A stretch of DNA of 64,000 nt from Myxococcota bacterium (lineage in GTDB: Bacteria > Myxococcota_A > UBA9160 > SMWR01), in NCBI GenBank assembly GCA_050618055.1, contig JBNLVK010000172.1, positions 14,644-78,643 on the forward strand, given 5' to 3'. Positions 21,501 to 29,555 of the stretch are shown here, one piece after another. Below the pieces are notes generated by a model. That model saw nothing but the letters and a program-made list of their open reading frames with translations, ran no database searches and was not told the DNA's origin. The position numbers and the translations under genes were made by a program. Position 1 is the first letter of the stretch, and each line of letters begins with the position of its first letter.

Positions 21501-21650
21501 CTCGAGCTGCGCGGTCACCGTCACCACCGGGAACTCCATGGCCGGGAACTGGTCGATGCCCAGGTTCGCGTAGCCCAGGCCGCCGAAGACCAGCAGCGAG
21601 AGCGTGAGCATCAGGGTCAGGATCGGCCGCTTGATGCAGAGATCGATCAC
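18537..21650 (-). CDS. RND efflux transporter permease subunit (AcrB/HAE family)
   Basis: 1037 aa. The N-terminus (IDLCIKRPILTLMLTLSLLVFG) and 12-TM architecture are typical. The GTG start overlaps the stop of the adaptor gene (GTGA). Confidence 0.95.
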   Translation of the reverse strand: MIDLCIKRPILTLMLTLSLLVFGGLGYANLGIDQFPAMEFPVVTVTAQLEGAAPEVMEEDVTEVLEEHINTIGGLRSLRSTTFQGVAQVVAEFELERDLDQAAQDVRDKVSRARFELPKEMEPAVVDKLNMSNRPILWIPLSSNRPAVEVTEYVKYTMKPFIETVDGVASTEIFGRRERAIRVWVDGEALRARGLSTNDIIAAMGREHVERPGGRLESRQIEYSLKTAAEYETVAELGELIVANVDGADVRLRDVARVEDGAEDYRFLARFNGEPGAGLGILKQSQANTVAIADEVRERTEELKTILPGGIELPPWEQIMDFSDSIRESVAETQFALIFGAFLATLVVFVFLRRTRPTLIVAAAIPLSIVASFGVMWMFDATLNIMTLLALALAVGVVIDDAIVVLENIERHRESGDDPMTAASNGTREIAFAATAATLSIAVVFLPVVFVKGLVGSFLGEFGITVAAAVMFSLFVALTLTPMLAARMPPPEEHEHGGVYHTLERWLAALEARYRAVLDWALSHRAAVMVLASISFVVAMLFGARLGAEFFPPSDEGRLFAMLETPPGTNLDGMLDRLNQAEKWMLAQPEVHGLFAGVGVSGPDGPGAVNNGVMVAILVPHAERERSVQDLMKAARVAFGNIPGLTSRVMDPSQFMGGGGQGELEFNLRGNVALTELDSISDQFIRALESRPGFVDITKSLKLGLPEVRVVPDREKAASMGISAEAIASVVQASIGGMDIGKFKSGGHRYDIRMRLEEEERTDPASIGRLYVRGRDGEVIELRNLIDIETGAAPSKITRIDRMRSVTVSANLEDLPAGAAIQQIRQLGDQLLPEEVNISFSGSADAFLESIQQFTLAMGLAILVIYMVLAAQFESLLHPLTVMLALPLSMVGALGALLAFGMTLNLFSLIGIILLFGLVTKNSILLVDFANQLRREGLDKVEAMRRAAPVRLRPVLMTAFSMIFGVLPAAIGVGPGSESRQPMAVATAAGMFSSTLLTLLVVPVFYLVLDDSTQWIAERWRRLRGRGAASGAPVASH

Positions 21651-22795
21651 TGGGCGGCCACTCCGTTCTCCAGCGAGGCGGCGTCACCCGGGGCCGCGTC
21701 CTTCGCGAGCAGCGAGCCGTCCGGGTTGCGGGCCACCACCACGCTGCCCTCGATCAGGTCCTCGTGGCCGCGCGCCACTACCCGGTCGCCCGGGTACAGG
21801 CCGCGCAGCACCTCGACCGCGCCGTCGCGCACCGTGCCCGTGTCCACCAGGATGCGCGTCACGCGCTTGTTGTCGCCCACCTTGAACACGACCGCGCCGT
21901 CGGCGCGCTGGAGCAGCGCCTCCTGCGGGACCATGACGACGCCCTCGCGCTTCGAGATGCCCAGGTTGGCCCGCGCGAACAGGCCCGGGCGCAGGCGGTG
22001 GTCCGGGTTGGGCACCAGCGCGCGGACGCGCAGCGTGCGCGTGCGCCGGTCGATGGTGGGAGAAACGATGTGCACGGTGGCGTCGAAGACCTCGTCCGGA
22101 TACGGCGAGACCGTCACCTCGATGGGAATGCCCACGCGCACCCGGGCCGTGTCCTCCTCGGGCAGGGTGAACTCGACCTCCACCGGATCCAGCGACACCA
22201 GCTCGAAGAGGGGCTGGCCGACGTTCACGAACTCGCCGGGCTGCACGTAGCGCTGCGCGATCTGGCCGGCGAAGCGCGCCGTCACCGTGGCGTCGCGCAG
22301 GGCGCGTTCGGCCGTGCCCAGGTCGGCCTTCGCCACCGACAGGCGCGACAGCGCCGCCTGGAGCGCCGTCTCGGCCGCGTCGAGCTGGGTCTCCGACGCC
22401 ACGTTGCGCTCCTTCAGCGCGCGCATGCGCTCGACCTCGCGCTTCTGCTCGGCCAGCGCGGCACGCGCCTCGGCCACCCGCGCGCGGGCGCGATCCAGGT
22501 CCAGATGCCGGCGCTCCGGGTCGATCTCGACCACCACGCCGTCCTCCTCGACCGCCTCGCCCTCGTCGAGGATGCGCGTCACCTCGCCGGCCACCTGCGC
22601 GGCCACGTCGGCGCGGTTGCGCGCCAGCAGCTCGCCGGACGCCTCGATGCGTTCCTCGAGGTCGCGCACGTAGACCTCGGTGATGTAGACCGGCTTGCCG
22701 GTCGCCTCGACGGTGGCCTCCTCCTCGCCGCAGGCGACGAGGGCCAGCGCGGCGGCGAGCAGGAGCAGGATGGTGCGGGTCATGGGGTTCCTCAT
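21647..22795 (-). CDS. RND efflux periplasmic adaptor (membrane fusion protein), lipoprotein
   Basis: 382 aa. LLLAAALALVAC lipobox. Coiled-coil hairpin, lipoyl and beta-barrel pattern. ATGA overlap with tetR. Confidence 0.9.
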   Translation of the reverse strand: MRNPMTRTILLLLAAALALVACGEEEATVEATGKPVYITEVYVRDLEERIEASGELLARNRADVAAQVAGEVTRILDEGEAVEEDGVVVEIDPERRHLDLDRARARVAEARAALAEQKREVERMRALKERNVASETQLDAAETALQAALSRLSVAKADLGTAERALRDATVTARFAGQIAQRYVQPGEFVNVGQPLFELVSLDPVEVEFTLPEEDTARVRVGIPIEVTVSPYPDEVFDATVHIVSPTIDRRTRTLRVRALVPNPDHRLRPGLFARANLGISKREGVVMVPQEALLQRADGAVVFKVGDNKRVTRILVDTGTVRDGAVEVLRGLYPGDRVVARGHEDLIEGSVVVARNPDGSLLAKDAAPGDAASLENGVAAQ

Positions 22796-23439
22796 CGGGG
22801 CAGGGCTCCGCGACGCAGCAGACCGCCTTCCATCATCTGGAAGGCGAGCTCGATCATCTGGTCGGAGAAGGGGTACTCGGGGCGGGTGAGGCGCAGGGAG
22901 ATCAGGCCGTGCAGCATCGCCCAGGTCGTCTCGTAGGCGGCGTCGATGTCGCGGGTGGCCAGCGTGCCCTCGCGGGCGAGCTGCTCGAGGGCGTCCTTCA
23001 CCATCTCGCGCGCCGACTCGGCGGAAGGGATCGAGCCGGGCTCGAGCCCGGGCAGCGACAGCAGCCGGTAGTGCTCCGGGTTCTCGAGCGCGAACTCCAG
23101 GAAGGCGCGGGCGACGTCGTTCAGGTAGCGGGCCGCGTCGCCGCCGCGCGGGATCGACAGCATCACCTCGTGCACCTCGCGGAAGCGCTCATCGACCACC
23201 GCGGCCACCAGCCCCGCCTTGTCGCCGAAGTGGTGGTAGATGGTGGGCGCGGTGTAGCCGCAGCGCCGGCCGAGCTTGCGGATCGACATGCCCTCGATGC
23301 CCGACTCCAGCAGCAGCGCCTGGGCCGCCTCCAGGATGGCGGCGCGGGAATCCCGTCCGCGCCCGCCGGCGCCGGAGACATCGGTGCCGCGGGCGCGCGG
23401 CTTGCCGCGCACCGGGGAAGGGGTCGAGGATGTGGTCAT
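22792..23439 (-). CDS. TetR/AcrR-family transcriptional regulator
   Basis: 215 aa. HTH segment ILEAAQALLLESGIEGMSIRKLGRRCGYTAPTIYHHFGDKAGL. It is the first gene of the efflux operon. Confidence 0.9.
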   Translation of the reverse strand: MTTSSTPSPVRGKPRARGTDVSGAGGRGRDSRAAILEAAQALLLESGIEGMSIRKLGRRCGYTAPTIYHHFGDKAGLVAAVVDERFREVHEVMLSIPRGGDAARYLNDVARAFLEFALENPEHYRLLSLPGLEPGSIPSAESAREMVKDALEQLAREGTLATRDIDAAYETTWAMLHGLISLRLTRPEYPFSDQMIELAFQMMEGGLLRRGALPR

Positions 23440-23445
23440 GGGAAT

Positions 23446-23485
23446 CGCTATAACGTCGCTATAGCGGGCGTAACGGTGTTATAGC
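23446..23485. promoter_or_regulatory. repeated CGCTATA(A/G)CG motifs: candidate TetR operator and/or -10 boxes
   Basis: CGCTATAACG (23446-55), palindromic CGCTATAGCG (23457-66) and an inverted copy GTTATAGC (23478-85). All lie 7-46 nt upstream of the tetR ATG. Confidence 0.4.
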
Positions 23486-23555
23486 CCAGCATCTTGAGCG
23501 CTTCCAAGCGGGCCAGAAATGCGTAACATGGACGCCCACTTGGAGGGGTGGAAGC

Positions 23556-24038
23556 ATGCGCATCGCAATCCTGACCTCATGCCTCGTGGCCCTGCTGGCG
23601 GGGCTGCCTGCCGGCGCCGAGGAGGCCGCGGAGGAGGCGAAGGAGCAGCCCTCGGGCCGCGTGACCATCGGCGCCTACCAGGCGTCGTTCATCGGCAGCG
23701 GCCAGCTCGGCGGCGGCCAGCTCACCTTCCGCGGCGAGACCCACGACTTCAAGATCGGCGGTCTCGGCTTCGGGGGAATCGGCATCGCCCGGATCGACGC
23801 GGAGGGCGACGTCTTCGGCCTCGAGAAGCTCGAGGACTTCGCCGGCACCTACGGCCAGCTGCGCGGCGGCATCGGCGTCACCGACAAGAGCATCGGCGGA
23901 CCGCTGTGGGTGGAGAACACGAAGGGCGTGCGCCTCAAGCTCGAGACGAAGATGTCCGGCGTGATCCTGAACCTGGGCGCCGACGGCCTCGTCATCGTGA
24001 TGGACGACGAGGAAGAAGAGGCGTCGGAGGACGAGTAG
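23556..24038 (+). CDS. hypothetical exported Gly-rich protein with acidic C-terminal tail
   Basis: 160 aa. Signal peptide MRIAILTSCLVALLAGLPAGA|EE. C-terminal DDEEEEASEDE. No family was recognised. Confidence 0.6.
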   Translation: MRIAILTSCLVALLAGLPAGAEEAAEEAKEQPSGRVTIGAYQASFIGSGQLGGGQLTFRGETHDFKIGGLGFGGIGIARIDAEGDVFGLEKLEDFAGTYGQLRGGIGVTDKSIGGPLWVENTKGVRLKLETKMSGVILNLGADGLVIVMDDEEEEASEDE

Positions 24039-24041
24039 CGA

Positions 24042-24737
24042 CTAGGCCCGCGCGGGCAGACCCATGCGCGCGTCCAGGTCGTCGGTCAGCGCGTCGAGCC
24101 TGCCGTCGAGATCGCGGGCCAGCTCCTCCTCGTCCTCGGGGCTGGCCTCGCGCGGCACGTCGAGCGGCGAGCCGAAGCGCCCGGTCACGTGCGCGAAGGG
24201 AAGCGGCAGCAGCGTGCCGTCCCAGCTGCCGAAGCGGAAGCAGGGGCTGGCCGAGAACGCGTAGGGCGTGATCGCGACGCCGGTCATGCGCGACAGGCTC
24301 ACGACGCCGATCTTCGAGCGACGCTCCGGACCGCGCGGACCGTCCACCGGCAGCGACACCGGCGTGCCGGCGCGCACGATGCGCACCAGGCCGCGCAGCG
24401 CGGCCGCGCCGCCGGAGGAGCTGGATCCGCGCGGCGGCGGCGTGTAGCCCAGTGCCACCAGCAGCCGCGTGATGACGTCGCCGTCGCGGCTGCGGCTCAC
24501 CGGTACGCTGAAGCCGCGTCCGCGGAAGGCATAGGCGGCGATCAGGATGTCGCGGTGCCAGATGGCGCCGACGGCCGCGCCGCCTTCGTCGAGCGGGCTC
24601 TCGCCCTCCATCTCGATCCGCCAGGTCTTGCCGAGCACGCGCAACAGCAACGCGGCGAGCGACATCAACACCGGTCCGAGAGCTCGGACGGCGCGATTCG
24701 TGGATCGCTTGCGCAGGCTGCCCGAGCGCTTCCCCAT
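24042..24737 (-). CDS. DUF374-type lysophospholipid-acyltransferase-like protein
   Basis: The internal ATG at 24737 is used. Motifs AIWHRDIL, SRSRDGDVI, RGSSSSGGAAAL, VDGPRGP and SWDGTLLPLPF. Confidence 0.75.
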   Translation of the reverse strand: MGKRSGSLRKRSTNRAVRALGPVLMSLAALLLRVLGKTWRIEMEGESPLDEGGAAVGAIWHRDILIAAYAFRGRGFSVPVSRSRDGDVITRLLVALGYTPPPRGSSSSGGAAALRGLVRIVRAGTPVSLPVDGPRGPERRSKIGVVSLSRMTGVAITPYAFSASPCFRFGSWDGTLLPLPFAHVTGRFGSPLDVPREASPEDEEELARDLDGRLDALTDDLDARMGLPARA

Positions 24738-24883
24738 CGCGGCAGAGAATGGCGCGAAAGCGGCCTTCGCGCCCGTCGGTGTGAGCCCCGGCCCGTCCGG
24801 ACGGGACGGGACTTGCGTCCAGGGGGCAGGCCGGCGAGCCTGTTCCATCCAGCTTGCTGACACTCCATCAGGAGCCTCCCCCA

Positions 24884-25942
24884 ATGAAGTTCGGCGTACT
24901 CTCCGTCTTCCAGAACTACCGCGACGAGCAGGACGACACCGACGTCATGGCCGCCGAGATGTCGCTGGCCTGCGCGGCGGACGAGCTCGGCTTCGACAGC
25001 TACTGGGCCACCGAGCACCACTTCTTCGGCTACTCGATGTGCCCCGACAACGTGCAGTGGTTGGCACAGGTGGCGGGGCGCACGTCGCGCATCAAGCTCG
25101 GCACCGGAGCGGTGATCGTGCCCTGGAACGATCCGTACCGGGTGGCCGCCAAGATCGCCCTGCTCGACCAGCAGAGCGGCGGCCGCGCGCTGCTCGGCTT
25201 CGGCCGCGGCCTCTCGCGACGCGAGTACGAGGGCTTCGGCATCCCCATGGACGAGGCCCGCCCGCGCTTCGACCAGGGCACGGCGCTGGTGCTCGAGGCG
25301 CTGAACAAGGGCTTCTTCGAGGCGGACACCGAGTTCTTCCAGCGCCCGCGCCGCGACCTGCGCCCGCGCCCGACCGCCGCCTTCGACGACCGCGTCTACT
25401 CCATCGGCGTCTCACCCGAGTCGGCGCTCCAGGCGGCCGTGCTGGGAGCCCAGCTGATGGTGCTGGCCCAGCAGCCCTGGGAGGTCTTCAAGGAGGTCTC
25501 CCTCGTTCCCTACCAGGAGCGCTGGAAGGAGCTGCGCGACACGCCGCCGCCGGTGCCCTTCTGCGGCCAGCTCGTCTACTGCGACCGCGACCCGCAGAGG
25601 GCCCGGGAGCTGGGGCTCAAGTACGTGCGCGAGTACTTCACCACCATCGTCGAGCACTACGAGATCGGCGGCGACCACTTCAAGGACGCCCGGGGCTACG
25701 AGTTCTACGGCAACGCCGCCGAGGCGATCCAGGCCATGGGCCTGGAGGCGATGGCCGAGATGTATGCGAACCTGAACACCTTCGGGACGCCCGAGCAGAT
25801 CGTGGAGCAGCTACGGCACCAGAAGGAGGTGCTCGGCGTCGACCACGACGTCCTGTTCATTCCCAAGTATGGCAGCATGACCACCGAGCAGGCGATGAGC
25901 TCGATGCAGCTCTTCGCCCGCGAAGTGATTCCCCAGTTCTGA
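24884..25942 (+). CDS. LLM-class (luciferase-like) flavin-dependent oxidoreductase
   Basis: The ATG at 24884 follows a GGAG. Sequence MKFGVLSVFQ...FDSYWATEHHF...GTGAVIVPWNDP. 352 aa. Confidence 0.85.
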   Translation: MKFGVLSVFQNYRDEQDDTDVMAAEMSLACAADELGFDSYWATEHHFFGYSMCPDNVQWLAQVAGRTSRIKLGTGAVIVPWNDPYRVAAKIALLDQQSGGRALLGFGRGLSRREYEGFGIPMDEARPRFDQGTALVLEALNKGFFEADTEFFQRPRRDLRPRPTAAFDDRVYSIGVSPESALQAAVLGAQLMVLAQQPWEVFKEVSLVPYQERWKELRDTPPPVPFCGQLVYCDRDPQRARELGLKYVREYFTTIVEHYEIGGDHFKDARGYEFYGNAAEAIQAMGLEAMAEMYANLNTFGTPEQIVEQLRHQKEVLGVDHDVLFIPKYGSMTTEQAMSSMQLFAREVIPQF

Positions 25943-25955
25943 GCGAAGGAACCCC

Positions 25956-27194
25956 ATGAGCGAGCCCTACATCCTGATCACCGCCGACACCCACGCCGGC
26001 GGAAGCCACGCCCAGTACCGCGAGTACCTGGACCCGAAGTACCGCGACGCCTTCGACGAGTGGCGCGGCGGCTACAAGAACCCGGCGCTCGAGCACTACG
26101 GCAAGAAGAAGATGCGCAACTGGGACCTGGAGATCCGCAACGGCGACCAGAACGGCCAGGGCGTGGTCGGCGAGGTGGTGTTCCCGAACACGGTGCCGCC
26201 CTTCTACAAGAAGAGCATCGTCACCACCCAGCCTCCCAAGCCCGACGAGTACGAGCGCTGCCTGGCCGGCATCCGGGCCCACAACCGCTGGCTGGTCGAC
26301 TTCTGCAACGAGGACCCGGCGCGGCGCGCCGGCATCGGCCTGATCCTGCCAAACGACCTGGACGAGGCGGTGAAGGACATCGAGTTCATCGCCAGCAACG
26401 GCCTGCGCGGCGGCGTGCTGCTGCCGCTGATTCCCGAGGACTGCACCTGGCTCAAGCCCCTCTACCACCCGGACTGGGACAAGGTGTTCGCCGCCATCCA
26501 GGACGCGGGCCTGGTCATGAACCAGCACTCGGGCCAGGGCTCGCCCGACTACGGCGAGGGCGCGGTGGCCGAGGCCATCTGGATCTCGGAGGTCCAGTTC
26601 TTCTGCCGGCGCGGCTACAGCCACCTGATCATGAGCGGCGTCTTCGAGCGCTTCCCGAAGCTCCGCTACATCCTGACCGAGAGCGGCTGCTCCTGGGCGC
26701 CGCCCATGCTGGCCCAGCTCGACCGCATCCATCACGGCATCCAGCGCGGCTCGATGGGCGAGATGTACTACGAGGGCATGGAGTGGGGGCTCAAGATGCT
26801 CCCCAGCGAGTACGCCAAGCGCAACTGCTGGTACGGCGCGAGCTTCCCGTCGAAGGTGGAGCTGGGCGGCATCGACGAGGTGGGTCCCGAGAAGGTGCTG
26901 TGGGGCAACGACTACCCGCACTACGAGGGCACGTTCCCCTACAACCTGGAGTCGCTGCGGCTGACCTTCGCCGACATTCCAGAGAAGCAGCGGCGCATGC
27001 TGTTCGCCGAAAACGCGGCCGCGCTCTACGGCTTCGACCTGGACGCGCTGCGTCCGCTGGCCGAGAAGTACGGGCCCACGCCGGAGCAGATCGACGAGCC
27101 GCTGCCGCCGGACCAGATTCCGCGCGACTCCCAGTGCTACCTCTTCCAGACGGCGCTGCGCGAGCTGAAGGAACGCCAAGCCGCGAGCGCCTGA
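25956..27194 (+). CDS. amidohydrolase-2 (ACMSD-like metal-dependent hydrolase) family protein
   Basis: 412 aa. Motifs ITADTHAGG and LWGNDYPHYEGTFPY. It lies 13 nt downstream of the LLM gene. Confidence 0.85.
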   Translation: MSEPYILITADTHAGGSHAQYREYLDPKYRDAFDEWRGGYKNPALEHYGKKKMRNWDLEIRNGDQNGQGVVGEVVFPNTVPPFYKKSIVTTQPPKPDEYERCLAGIRAHNRWLVDFCNEDPARRAGIGLILPNDLDEAVKDIEFIASNGLRGGVLLPLIPEDCTWLKPLYHPDWDKVFAAIQDAGLVMNQHSGQGSPDYGEGAVAEAIWISEVQFFCRRGYSHLIMSGVFERFPKLRYILTESGCSWAPPMLAQLDRIHHGIQRGSMGEMYYEGMEWGLKMLPSEYAKRNCWYGASFPSKVELGGIDEVGPEKVLWGNDYPHYEGTFPYNLESLRLTFADIPEKQRRMLFAENAAALYGFDLDALRPLAEKYGPTPEQIDEPLPPDQIPRDSQCYLFQTALRELKERQAASA

Positions 27195-27201
27195 GGCGCC
27201 C

Positions 27202-28791
27202 GTGATGCAGGACCTGCTCCAGGCGGCCGGAGGCCTCGGGCTGTTCCTGCTCGGTGTGGCGCTGCTCACCGACGGTCTGCGTGGCCTGGCGGGCAACGCG
27301 CTCGAGCGCTCGCTGCGCCGCTTCACCCGGAGCCCGCTCTCGGGCGCCGTCTCGGGCGCGGTGGCCACCGCGCTGGTGGGATCGTCGAGCGCCACGACCG
27401 TCACCGCCGTGGGCTTCGCGGGCGCGGCGATCCTGACGTTCCCGCAGGCCCTGGGCATCGTGTTCGGCGCCAACATCGGAACCACGCTCCGCGGCTGGCT
27501 CGTGGCGCTGCTCGGCTTCCGTCCCGACATCGGAGCGATCGCCTCCCTGCTGGTCCTGACCGGCGCGCTGCTGCGGCTGCTGGGACGGGGCCGCGCGCGC
27601 CACGCGGGTCTGGCGATCGCCGGCTTCGGCCTGGTGTTCGTGGGCTTCGTGAACCTCCAGCAGGGCATGGCCGGCTTCGAGGGCCTGGTGACGCCCCAGA
27701 CGTTCCCGGCGGACACGCTGACGGGACGCCTCTGGCTGGTGGGCATCGGCGTGGCGATCACGCTCGTCACCCAGTCGTCGAGTGCCGGCGTCGCCACCGC
27801 CATCGCCGCGGTCGGCACGGGCACGGTCTCCTTCTCGCAGGCGGCGGCCATGGTGATCGGCATGGACGTGGGCACCACCGTCACGGCGGCGCTGGCCACG
27901 ATCGGCGCATCGCTGCCGGCGCGACGCACCGGCTGGGCCCACGTCGTCTACAACGTGCTCACCGGCGTCGGCGCGTTCTTCCTGCTGCCCGTCTACGCCC
28001 TCGTGCTCGAGCGGGCGGCTCCGGGCTTCGCCGCCAGCGACCCGGAGTTCGCGCTGGTCGGCTTCCACTCGCTGTTCAACTTCCTCGGCGTGGTGATCGT
28101 CCTGCCGTTCACCGGTCCCTTCGCGCGTCTGGTCGAGCGGATGATTCCGGAGCGTCCGGTCGCGCTGGCCGCCGGGCTCGACCCCCGTTTCCTCGCGGAG
28201 CCGACGGTGGCGCTGCGCGCGGTGGGCGTCGTGCTGAGCGACATCGCCCGGCTCGCCTTCGACGTGGTGTCCGCGCAGCTTCCGCCGCGCACGCCCGCCG
28301 CCCCGGAGCTGTCCGAGATCCGCGAGGCGCTCGACGAGACCCAGCGCTACGTGGCGCGCATCCGCACGCCCGGACCGGGCGGCGATGTCGACGCGCGCGA
28401 GGTGGCGGCGCTGCACGTGATCGACCAGCTGCGGCGCCTGATCGAACGCTGCGAGGAGCGGCGCCTGCCCGACGACATGGGCGACGACCCGGTGCTGCGC
28501 GAGAGCGCCGGCGCCCTGGCCGGACTGCTCGGCTCGATCGGAGCCGACGCCGAGGAGCCGCTCGCCCGACTGGAGGAGCGGCTCCGGCAGGACCGGCCCG
28601 CGTTCCGCCGCGAGATCCTGCACCGCGCCAGCGTCGACGAGCTGACCAACGAAGAGGCCCTGGAGCGGCTCGACGCCTACCGCTGGCTCGAGCGCGAGAC
28701 CCACCACGCCAACCGCATCGTCCACCACCTGGAGCGCATCCGGCAGGAGAACCCGGTGGTCGAGGCGGAGGAGCCCCCCGAGCCCGACTAG
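27202..28791 (+). CDS. Na/Pi cotransporter family protein with PhoU-like C-terminal domain
   Basis: 529 aa. Motifs GLGLFLLGV...SSSATTV...GANIGTT, repeated in the second half (QSSSAG...GMDVGTT). The start is GTG 27202 or ATG 27205. Confidence 0.88.
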   Translation: MMQDLLQAAGGLGLFLLGVALLTDGLRGLAGNALERSLRRFTRSPLSGAVSGAVATALVGSSSATTVTAVGFAGAAILTFPQALGIVFGANIGTTLRGWLVALLGFRPDIGAIASLLVLTGALLRLLGRGRARHAGLAIAGFGLVFVGFVNLQQGMAGFEGLVTPQTFPADTLTGRLWLVGIGVAITLVTQSSSAGVATAIAAVGTGTVSFSQAAAMVIGMDVGTTVTAALATIGASLPARRTGWAHVVYNVLTGVGAFFLLPVYALVLERAAPGFAASDPEFALVGFHSLFNFLGVVIVLPFTGPFARLVERMIPERPVALAAGLDPRFLAEPTVALRAVGVVLSDIARLAFDVVSAQLPPRTPAAPELSEIREALDETQRYVARIRTPGPGGDVDAREVAALHVIDQLRRLIERCEERRLPDDMGDDPVLRESAGALAGLLGSIGADAEEPLARLEERLRQDRPAFRREILHRASVDELTNEEALERLDAYRWLERETHHANRIVHHLERIRQENPVVEAEEPPEPD

Positions 28792-28997
28792 GGAGTGTCT
28801 GCGCGGGCGGGTCGCCTGCCGATCGGCGAGGCAGGCGGGCGCGGGACCCTGCCCGGTCGCGAGGCAGCGGCGGCGGCGACTGCGTGCCGGTTCCGGCCCG
28901 TCCGGGCGCGCGTGCGCCGCGTCCGGTCGGAGGGCTCCCGCGGCACGCGCCTTGCTTCGCAGCCCGACCGGACGGGGACGTCTGCTGCGGGGGAGAG

Positions 28998-29555
28998 ATG
29001 GGGGATACGCTCGACGTCGACTGGGAGAGGAGCACCGACCAGCGCACCGTGCTGCGGCTGGCGGGCGGTCTGCGTCCGGGCTGGTGCGGCAAGCTCGCCA
29101 CCGGGCTCGCGCGCCGCGGCATCGACATCGAGCGCGGCCACGCCCGCATCGTCGCGGCGGGCCGCTGGGAGGCGTCGTTCCAGCTCCACTGCCTGCCGGG
29201 CAGCGAGCCGCCGGGCGACGAGATCGTGCGCAGCCTGAACGAGGACCTGCGCGACGGCTTCATGACGCCGATCGTGCTGGACGCCTTCGCGCTGCGCACG
29301 AGCGAAGCGCGCGGCGGCTGCCTGCGGCTCGACGTGGAGGCGCCCGATCGCCTGGGCTTCCTGGCCGCGTTGCTGCGCCGCCTCGCCTTCTTCTCCCTGT
29401 TCCCGTCGGAGGTCGAGATCGAGACGGTGGGGGGCCGCGCCCGCGACCGGCTCTGGCTGCGCGCCGCCGGCGATCGCACGCCGCTGCCGCGCACCACCGC
29501 CGCCGTCCGGGCGAGCCTGGAGGCGCTGGTGCGGAAGCCGGGCGAGCGGGACTAG
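28998..29555 (+). CDS. tandem ACT-like domain protein
   Basis: The internal ATG at 28998 is used. The segment RLDVEAPDRLGFLAALLRRLAFFSLFPSEVEIETVGGRARDRLWL resembles GlnD-type ACT domains. The choice of start is uncertain. Confidence 0.5.
   Translation: MGDTLDVDWERSTDQRTVLRLAGGLRPGWCGKLATGLARRGIDIERGHARIVAAGRWEASFQLHCLPGSEPPGDEIVRSLNEDLRDGFMTPIVLDAFALRTSEARGGCLRLDVEAPDRLGFLAALLRRLAFFSLFPSEVEIETVGGRARDRLWLRAAGDRTPLPRTTAAVRASLEALVRKPGERD

Noticed and set aside
18540-22250. 1236-aa plus-strand ORF antisense to the RND pump and adaptor
   Set aside because: It is a shadow ORF. The RND and MFP calls on the minus strand are unambiguous.
25857-28728. Minus-strand ORFs 25857..27929 (690 aa) and 26791..28728 (645 aa)
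   Set aside because: They are antisense to the amidohydrolase and Na/Pi transporter genes. Their composition is artefact-like.
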